Below are positions 42,966 to 49,101 of a DNA stretch of 49,101 nt, piece after piece. Location of the stretch: UHGV virus genome UHGV-0209788, one strand, 5' to 3'. Under the pieces are notes generated by a model. The model did not search any database. It was not told the origin of the DNA and saw only the letters and a program-made list of their open reading frames with translations. Position numbers and translations under genes: made by a program. Position 1 is the stretch's first letter; the number at the start of each line of letters is the position of its first letter. Source of the DNA: a virus.

Positions 42966-43878
42966 GACGAAGCCACCAATTCTACCGCGTAACTATCAGG
43001 ATCCGACCGGAGCCGATGCGCTGGAACGACGGGCAATGAAAGACTTCGCCAGGCGGATGAATAAGATTGGCAAGGCGTACAAATCAGCACTCGACAAAAT
43101 ACCTTCCTCCCTCGCAGTAAACGCCAGATACGAATACCAGCTAAACCCAACGCTACTCTCCATCATACTGAACGATGCCAGTTACCTGGTTGATCAGGTG
43201 CTGCTTGAAGGTGGCGATTACGACCTGTGGTTTTACGAGTACATCGATCTGGCGTCGGAGAAAGGGACCGGGCAGTCGTTCTACAACCTCAGCCAGCAGT
43301 CGCCGGTGTACGCCGCTGGTCGTGAGTCGCTGGCGTCCATCCTCGCAAGCGACCCGTACCAGCAACGAATGGCGCTGGTGCATGCGCGTGTATTTGAGGA
43401 AATGAAGGGGCTGACGGCTGACGTTAAGCGCGACATGGCGCGTGTGCTGACTGATGGCGTGGGCCGTGGTCTCAATCCGCTGGACATTGCCCGCAACCTG
43501 ACAGACCAGACCGGCATCGAGAAGCGCCGGGCAAACCGTATAGCACGAACTGAAGTGACTACCGCGCTGCGCCGGGCTAAGTGGGATGAAGACCAGGAGG
43601 CGAATGACCTTTACGGCCTTAAAACGCTTCTGGTTCACATCTCGGCTCTGTCACCGACAACCCGACATACCCACGCAGTGCGCCATGCCCACCTCTACAC
43701 CAACGAAGAGGTGCGTGCCTGGTACAGCAAAGATGGCAACTCCATCAACTGCAAATGCAGCCAGCAGTCAGTTCTGGTCGATGACGACGGCAAACCTCAG
43801 TTCCCGGACACCATTACCAAACTCAAACAGGAATATAAATCGATGCAGGCGCGCGGTTACGCCTGGGCGGAGAAATAA
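42952..43878 (+). CDS. Head morphogenesis protein (Mu F / SPP1 gp7-like)
   Basis: Position and size match. Overlaps the portal 3' end. Confidence 0.65.
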   Translation: MATNKTKPPILPRNYQDPTGADALERRAMKDFARRMNKIGKAYKSALDKIPSSLAVNARYEYQLNPTLLSIILNDASYLVDQVLLEGGDYDLWFYEYIDLASEKGTGQSFYNLSQQSPVYAAGRESLASILASDPYQQRMALVHARVFEEMKGLTADVKRDMARVLTDGVGRGLNPLDIARNLTDQTGIEKRRANRIARTEVTTALRRAKWDEDQEANDLYGLKTLLVHISALSPTTRHTHAVRHAHLYTNEEVRAWYSKDGNSINCKCSQQSVLVDDDGKPQFPDTITKLKQEYKSMQARGYAWAEK

Positions 43879-43881
43879 CCT

Positions 43882-45204
43882 ATGAAATTCCAGGTAAACC
43901 ACGAAGCAAAGCGTCCAATCCCGGCACCGCAAAATGGTGAGCATATTCAGGTCAACATCACCACGAAGGTGAACAGCCAGTCTATCCGGCGCGAAACACA
44001 TAACGGTCGTGAGCATCTGGTGCTGCCGAGCTATACGCTGCCGGCGAACGTCGTCATGAATGGCGGGCTGTACACAGAAGATGAAATCAACGCCCACTAT
44101 CAGGGGCTGGAAGGCACGCTCGCGCCGCTGGGTCATCCACAGGTTAACGGTCAGTTCGTGTCGGCCTTCTCTCCTGAAGGTCTTAACGTCGGCTACGTAG
44201 GCGCGTGGAACCGTAACGTTAAGAAGTCCGGCAATCGTATCTACGTAGAAAAATGGGTGGATGTGGCTCGAGCTGAAGAGTCGGAAGGCGGGCGAGAACT
44301 ACTTGAGCGCGTCGCAGCTATTGAGCGTGGCGATGACGTTCCGCCCATTCATACCAGTGTCGCCGCTTTCCTCGACCAGCTTGAGCCTAACGAACAACAG
44401 AGAGCTACGGGCGCCGAGTGGGTGGCGAAGATTCACAGCATGGACCATGACGCCATTCTGCTGCATGAGGTTGGCGCGGCGACACCAGAGCAGGGCGTTG
44501 GCCTGATGGTCAACGCAGACCTCGCGCAGCCTCTGAGGGCTAATTCAGGCGCGTTGGTGGGTGAATCCTACCGTGAGCGTGAACAGCGTCTTGACCGCGC
44601 AGCCAAAGCGAAGTTTGCGGCAGGCGCGGATGAATACGCATGGGTTGCTGATTTCACTGACTCGCAAGCTGTAATCATCCGCAACGGCGGCAGCGCTGAG
44701 GTGTTTGGCTACAAGTCTGAGGGCGGCGTAATCACCTTCGACGATACCGGCACCGCAGTAGCGCGCCAGGAGTCGTGGGTCGCAGTCGTCGCTAACAAAT
44801 TCAAAGCTCTATTCACACCGCAGGAACAGCCTGCACCAAACCACAAAACGGAGGGCGACATGCCTTTAACCAAAGAAGAACTGGAACAAATCGGCAGCAT
44901 GATCGGCCAGGCTGTTGCGACCAATACTGAAGCGGCTATTAAGCCTCTTGCGGAAAAGGTTGATGCGCTACAGGCCAACCAGAAGCAACTCGCTGACACC
45001 CTGACCGCCAATTCACGCGCTGAAGAGAAAGCCAAGCGTGATGCGGTTGCTAAGGTCCATGGTGACATTGTGGCCAACGCGCTTTCTGGCGATGCCCTGG
45101 ACGCAATGTTCAAGTCGCTGGGCGAAGCTGCTCCGCTGGGCACCAACAATGCTCAGCAGCACAAAGAAACCGGCGCACCTGCCGCAGACGAACACTTCAA
45201 GTAA
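43882..45204 (+). CDS. Scaffolding-like protein (possibly protease-scaffold fusion)
   Basis: 440 aa with a C-terminal Ala/Lys-rich coiled coil. Lies between the MuF-like and capsid genes. Confidence 0.5.
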   Translation: MKFQVNHEAKRPIPAPQNGEHIQVNITTKVNSQSIRRETHNGREHLVLPSYTLPANVVMNGGLYTEDEINAHYQGLEGTLAPLGHPQVNGQFVSAFSPEGLNVGYVGAWNRNVKKSGNRIYVEKWVDVARAEESEGGRELLERVAAIERGDDVPPIHTSVAAFLDQLEPNEQQRATGAEWVAKIHSMDHDAILLHEVGAATPEQGVGLMVNADLAQPLRANSGALVGESYREREQRLDRAAKAKFAAGADEYAWVADFTDSQAVIIRNGGSAEVFGYKSEGGVITFDDTGTAVARQESWVAVVANKFKALFTPQEQPAPNHKTEGDMPLTKEELEQIGSMIGQAVATNTEAAIKPLAEKVDALQANQKQLADTLTANSRAEEKAKRDAVAKVHGDIVANALSGDALDAMFKSLGEAAPLGTNNAQQHKETGAPAADEHFK

Positions 45205-45216
45205 GGAGCCGGAATA

Positions 45217-45666
45217 ATGCCACGTTATCGTCGCGTTAATATCGACGGTCAGTCTCTGTACAAGACCGAAACTCGCACTACGGCCGCAGCGCTACTTCCG
45301 GGTACCGCCGCAACCATCAACTCATCAGATAAATTCGCTCAGGCCACTGCGCTAACCGGCCGCCTGTACATCATCGATGTCGGTTATCACCAGGGCCTGA
45401 CAATCACCGAAGAAATCCCTGCCGGGGATTCGGCAGTAGGTAACTACGTCGAAGAAGGTCGTGAGCTGGCGCTGCGCTGCCTGCCTGGTGCGTATAAAAA
45501 AGACAGCCCGATCAAGCTGGGCGCTGCCGGTCAGTTTACCCTGGCAACCGATGACACTGATTCAGTGATCGGATACAGCCAGGATGAATACACCATCGCG
45601 GCCAGCACCACCGACTTCATCCGCGTGCGCATGCGTGTTGGCACTGCCGCCGCTGCTGGCGCGTAA
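45217..45666 (+). CDS. Head structural protein (decoration/accessory)
   Basis: Sits immediately before the major capsid gene. Confidence 0.4.
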   Translation: MPRYRRVNIDGQSLYKTETRTTAAALLPGTAATINSSDKFAQATALTGRLYIIDVGYHQGLTITEEIPAGDSAVGNYVEEGRELALRCLPGAYKKDSPIKLGAAGQFTLATDDTDSVIGYSQDEYTIAASTTDFIRVRMRVGTAAAAGA

Positions 45667-45683
45667 CAAAAGGACAAAAACAT

Positions 45684-46760
45684 ATGTACTTCTCAAAAGA
45701 GACGCTGGCGACTAACTCCCGCCTTGGCGGGCACTGGAGTGAGCTGTGGGCAAACCGCAACATGTGGAACCTACAGAACGATTCCATCATTGCAGCTAAC
45801 CGCGCGATGATGACTGCTGACATGCTGGCCTGTAACGCAGTGGGCGGTTTCTCCCGTGACTTCTGGGCTGAGATTGACAACCAGGTGCTGCAACTGCGGG
45901 ATCAGGAAGTTGGCATGGAAATCGTGAACGACCTGATCGGCGTTCAGACGGTGCTGCCGGTCGGTAAAACCGCCAAGCTGTATAACGTGGTTGGCGACAT
46001 CGCCGATGACGTGTCAGTAAGCATCGATGGTCAGGCGCCGTTCTCCTTCGACCACACTGACTACGCGAGCGACGGCGACCCGATTCCGGTGTTCACTGCT
46101 GGTTACGGTGTTAACTGGCGTCATGCTGCTGGCCTTAACTCTGTAGGCATTGATCTGGTGCTGGACTCGCAGATGGCTAAGATGCGTAAGTTCAACCAGA
46201 AGCGCGTCAACTACTACCTGAATGGCGATTCAAAAATTCAGGTTCAGTCCTACCCGGCGCAGGGCATTAAGAACCACCGAAACACCAAGAAGATTAACCT
46301 CGGTTCCGGTGCTGGTGGCGCGAATATCGACCTTACTACTGCCGACATGACCGCGCTCTTTGCGTTCTTCGGTAAAGGCGCATTCGGTACTACCGCCCGC
46401 ACGAACAAAGTCGCCGCATACGATGTAATGTGGGTTTCCCCGGAAATCTGGGCAAACCTGGCGCAGCCGTACGTGGTGAATGGCGTTGTAAGCGGCACTG
46501 TATTGCAGGCGGTTCTGCCGTTCGCGCCGGTGAAAGAAATCCGAATGAGTTTCGCGCTGACCGGTAACGAGTTTATCGCGTACGTTCGTCGTCGTGACGT
46601 GATCTCTCCACTGGTGGGTATGGCTGTCGGCGTTGTTCCACTGCCGCGCCCACTGCCTAACGTTAACTACAACTTCCAGATTATGTCGGCTGAAGGTCTG
46701 CAAATCACCGCAGACGATCAGGGCCTGTCCGGCGTTGTCTACGGCGCTAACCTGGAGTAA
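45684..46760 (+). CDS. Major capsid protein
   Basis: 358 aa at the capsid position. Followed by head completion genes. Confidence 0.7.
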   Translation: MYFSKETLATNSRLGGHWSELWANRNMWNLQNDSIIAANRAMMTADMLACNAVGGFSRDFWAEIDNQVLQLRDQEVGMEIVNDLIGVQTVLPVGKTAKLYNVVGDIADDVSVSIDGQAPFSFDHTDYASDGDPIPVFTAGYGVNWRHAAGLNSVGIDLVLDSQMAKMRKFNQKRVNYYLNGDSKIQVQSYPAQGIKNHRNTKKINLGSGAGGANIDLTTADMTALFAFFGKGAFGTTARTNKVAAYDVMWVSPEIWANLAQPYVVNGVVSGTVLQAVLPFAPVKEIRMSFALTGNEFIAYVRRRDVISPLVGMAVGVVPLPRPLPNVNYNFQIMSAEGLQITADDQGLSGVVYGANLE

Positions 46761-46769
46761 GGAAACAGC

Positions 46770-47063
46770 ATGGCTAAATACGAAGTTGTCCGCCCATGGT
46801 TCGGCGTGAAGGTTGGCGACGTGGTGGAGTTGAAAGAGCTTCACCCGGCGTTGAAGTCTAACGTCAGGCTGATGAAAGGCGAGGTTGGTGGTGAGCTGAA
46901 ACCTGCGACACCTGATGCCGGTACCGGTGAGAAATCTCGCAAAGAGATTATTCAGGACCGCCTGACCCAGCTGGGTATTGAGTTCAAAGGCACCATGGGC
47001 GCTGAAAAGCTCAGTGAGCTGTTGCCAGATGGCGAACTCGAAAAGCTTTTCCCTGCTGAATAA
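46770..47063 (+). CDS. Hypothetical head protein
   Basis: 97-aa ORF followed by a terminator. Confidence 0.4.
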   Translation: MAKYEVVRPWFGVKVGDVVELKELHPALKSNVRLMKGEVGGELKPATPDAGTGEKSRKEIIQDRLTQLGIEFKGTMGAEKLSELLPDGELEKLFPAE

Positions 47064-47066
47064 CAG

Positions 47067-47088
47067 CCGCCGCTAAGGCGGTTTTTTT
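47067..47088 (+). terminator. Rho-independent terminator (followed by a second hairpin at 47092-47106)
   Basis: CCGCC-gctaa-GGCGG followed by a T7 run, then CCCCGC-tccg-GCGGGG. Confidence 0.55.
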
Positions 47089-47125
47089 ATGCCCCGCTCC
47101 GGCGGGGTATTTCACGGAGTCGATA

Positions 47126-47527
47126 ATGGTAACTCTCGAACAGGCGAAGGAGTATCTGGAGAGCCAGGGAATTACCATTCCCGATTTTGTTCTTCAGGCT
47201 CTCGTCGACCAGGCCAACAGTATTCAGGAGTGTCTCGATGCACATTATCCTGCATCGACCTCCCTGTTGATTCAGCTCTATCTGCTGTCGCTTATGGGGC
47301 TCGGGCAGGGGGATAAATACATCTCCAGCCAGACGGCTCCAAGCGGGGCGTCGCGCTCTTTCCGGTACCAGTCGTTCACCGACCGCTGGAAAGCATCAGT
47401 GAACCTGTTGCGGGGGCTGGATAAGTACGGTTGTGCAACCTCCCTTATTCCTGCCGACCCTACCGCCACCCCGTCATTCGCTGGTATCTGGATCGGTAAG
47501 GGCGGCTGTATGTGCGGGGATAAGTGA
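47126..47527 (+). CDS. Head-tail connector (gp6-like)
   Basis: N-terminal LEQAKEYL... motif typical of DNA-packaging/connector proteins. Confidence 0.45.
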   Translation: MVTLEQAKEYLESQGITIPDFVLQALVDQANSIQECLDAHYPASTSLLIQLYLLSLMGLGQGDKYISSQTAPSGASRSFRYQSFTDRWKASVNLLRGLDKYGCATSLIPADPTATPSFAGIWIGKGGCMCGDK

Positions 47528-47700
47528 TGACGTACAAATCAGTTAAGCACGGGCTGCCGCGCTCGTTCACTCGCGTCTGGGTGATGACCGACACCGGGCG
47601 GGAGACTACCGGCTACGTGAAATCGGACGGCGAGTGGTTCATCAACTGCCCGCGCATCCGGGCGACTGGCGCGAAGGTGCTGCGCTGGAAGGAGGGCTGA
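47527..47700 (+). CDS. Small hypothetical protein (57 aa)
   Basis: ATGA-coupled at both ends. Confidence 0.3.
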   Translation: MTYKSVKHGLPRSFTRVWVMTDTGRETTGYVKSDGEWFINCPRIRATGAKVLRWKEG

Positions 47701-48050
47701 TGTCATCGGTAGCGAACTGGAGCTATACCGCCACGGCGACCATCTGGCGAAAGCTGGAAGGCAATGACGAATGCGGCGATCCGCTGGGCTATGCGGAACC
47801 TGAGCAAATCCTCTGCGATTACGAGGGCGGACTCAGCAAGAAGTTAGCCAGCCTTGGCGCTGAAATCGTCGTGAAGAATACCGTCTGGACGGAGTTTGCG
47901 CTGGCGGCCGCGGGGGATTACCTGCTGATTGGCGTATCGACCGAAGCTGACCCGGTTGTCGCCGGTGCCGACGAGGTGAGGCAAGTTATTCGCTATGCCG
48001 ACACATTCGAGCGGCTGGCGGATGATTATGCGATACTGACAGGCATCTAA
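47700..48050 (+). CDS. Head closure / head-tail adaptor protein
   Basis: Assigned by position. Confidence 0.4.
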   Translation: MSSVANWSYTATATIWRKLEGNDECGDPLGYAEPEQILCDYEGGLSKKLASLGAEIVVKNTVWTEFALAAAGDYLLIGVSTEADPVVAGADEVRQVIRYADTFERLADDYAILTGI

Positions 48051-48063
48051 CTACGGAGGCTTT

Positions 48064-48252
48064 ATGGATATCGATTCGCTCACAATGTCTATCTCAGTGC
48101 TGGCGGTGGCTATTTCTGTTTACGCCGCTGCGCCGGTTCCTGAGAAGAAGTCCAAACAGATTAAGCGCACGCCTCCCGATCAGCTTCCACCCGAGGTTAG
48201 AAAGCTCATTGAGAACGTTGATGAGCTTGAGCGGATAGCAAAAAGTCTCTGA
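48064..48252 (+). CDS. Small hypothetical protein
   Basis: 62 aa followed by a terminator. Confidence 0.3.
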   Translation: MDIDSLTMSISVLAVAISVYAAAPVPEKKSKQIKRTPPDQLPPEVRKLIENVDELERIAKSL

Positions 48253-48255
48253 ATA

Positions 48256-48278
48256 GGTCGCTCCGGCGGCCTTTTTTA
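48256..48278 (+). terminator. Rho-independent terminator (repeat family member)
   Basis: GGTCGC-tccg-GCGGCC followed by TTTTTTATTGCC. A near-identical 28-mer occurs at 41403. Confidence 0.6.
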
Positions 48279-48294
48279 TTGCCTGGAGAAAACC

Positions 48295-48663
48295 ATGGGC
48301 ATCAAAGTGCGCGGCGTTAAGCAGTCGAAGGCCGGGCTAAATCGCATCATTAATGACGTGAAAGGGCGCAAGGTTGTCCGGGCGCTACAGTCAGCAATGA
48401 TAATCGGCAGCTCCCAGGCCGCGCTTTACACGCCGATCGACACCTCGACGCTGTTGAATAGCCAGTATCGGGAGTTGATAAACAACGGCGTTCGGCTGAC
48501 AGGTCGTGTCGGATACACGGCGAACTACGCTGTTTTCGTACACGATCCGAACGTGCCTCAAACCTTCCGCCGCGCCACAGCGCAGAAAGAGTTCCTCACT
48601 AAAGGCTTTGAAGACACCCGCAGCCAGATTGATGCCGTAATGCGCAAGGAGCTTTCAGTATGA
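48295..48663 (+). CDS. HK97 gp10-like head-tail joining protein (Z-like position)
   Basis: Family-like motifs (LRALQSA...ALYTPIDTSTL...YAVFVH). Confidence 0.5.
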   Translation: MGIKVRGVKQSKAGLNRIINDVKGRKVVRALQSAMIIGSSQAALYTPIDTSTLLNSQYRELINNGVRLTGRVGYTANYAVFVHDPNVPQTFRRATAQKEFLTKGFEDTRSQIDAVMRKELSV

Positions 48664-49043
48664 CGCCAGAAATGTATGAGCGCGTGCGCAATTTCTTTGT
48701 TGATGCTGGGCTTACTACTGGTTTCATCGTTCAGATGCTGGCTTGGAATGATACAAAGAAGTTAACCGATGCATTTATCGTATTCCGACCTAACGGTGGC
48801 ACGGATATTCTTAACGATATTGGCTCGGATTTCTATGTGCTGGTAGACGTCATTTCCGCAAAGGATAAGCGTCGTGCAGCAGCGGAAAAAGCCAAGGAGT
48901 TAATCGAATACGCCACCCAAAATGATGTTAGCGATGAGTGCCTTGGGTTAATTCAAAACCGAGGAGGTTTTCCATCGCCCATCACGACCGAAGAGGGCCG
49001 CCTGGTCTTCCGACTCCAGTTCATGTGCGTTTACGGCGAATAA
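48660..49043 (+). CDS. Tail terminator (U-like position)
   Basis: Last gene before the wrap to the major tail protein at position 1. Confidence 0.45.
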   Translation: MTPEMYERVRNFFVDAGLTTGFIVQMLAWNDTKKLTDAFIVFRPNGGTDILNDIGSDFYVLVDVISAKDKRRAAAEKAKELIEYATQNDVSDECLGLIQNRGGFPSPITTEEGRLVFRLQFMCVYGE

Positions 49044-49062
49044 ACCCATCACCAACCCATCA

Positions 49063-49088
49063 GGCTGCCATCCGGCGGCCTTTTTTAT
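49063..49088 (+). terminator. Rho-independent terminator (repeat family member)
   Basis: GCTGCC-atcc-GGCGGC followed by TTTTTTATTT. Confidence 0.55.
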
Positions 49089-49101
49089 TTGAGAGGTACA
49101 C

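Larger units (their letters stand above)
1..49101. mobile_element. Complete circularly permuted lambdoid temperate siphophage genome (lambda-like gene order, P22-like early region)
   Basis: Full complement of tail, attP/int, early-left, immunity, replication, nin, Q, lysis, terminase and head genes in lambda order. The RBS for the ORF at 1 lies at 49090-49095, so the sequence wraps. Confidence 0.85.

Noticed and set aside
1-49101. CRISPR arrays, transposases/IS elements, rRNA, diversity-generating retroelements
   Set aside because: I found no regularly spaced direct repeats, DDE or Y-transposase ORFs, rRNA-like sequence or reverse transcriptase ORF on reading through the window.

Overview
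The window is a complete, circularly permuted genome of a lambdoid temperate siphophage of about 49.1 kb. The gene at position 1 uses a ribosome-binding site (GAGAGG) lying at the very end of the window, so the record wraps. Reading left to right: tail module (major tail protein with Ig-like C-terminus, tape measure protein, distal tail proteins, a J-like tip protein, a beta-helix tailspike/depolymerase), then a gtrABC O-antigen glucosylation cassette on the minus strand. Next is a LexA-box-controlled UmuD'-like gene, then attP carrying the 3' half of a tRNA-Arg(UCU), with a tyrosine integrase and excisionase. The leftward early operon follows on the minus strand: a protein resembling the tape-measure C-terminus, two orphan DNA methyltransferases flanking an HNH-AP2 endonuclease, a TraR/DksA zinc finger, Exo, a RecT/Bet annealase, Gam and a P22-type N antiterminator. 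The immunity region has pL/OL, an independently transcribed AT-rich cargo gene in the rexAB-equivalent slot, a CI repressor (HTH plus S24 peptidase), OR/pR and Cro. Rightward come a CII-like gene, an inserted T5orf172-domain gene, a replication initiator with internal iteron-like repeats, a lambda P-like helicase loader, an ea/nin region with a membrane-anchored moron, NinB, NinG and Q. After pR' there is a structured late leader RNA, tR', a phage tRNA-Arg(UCU), a lysis cassette (two holin-like proteins, GH108 endolysin, nested Rz/Rz1), terminase small and large subunits, portal, MuF-like protein, scaffold, major capsid and head-tail joining genes. No CRISPR array, rRNA or transposase was seen. 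The most interesting candidates for undescribed biology are the lysogen-expressed cargo gene between cI and pL, the T5orf172 insertion, the SOS-regulated pre-cleaved UmuD' homologue, the tape-measure C-terminal mimic, and the methyltransferase-HNH-methyltransferase cluster. All family assignments rest on recalled motifs and synteny, not on database searches.
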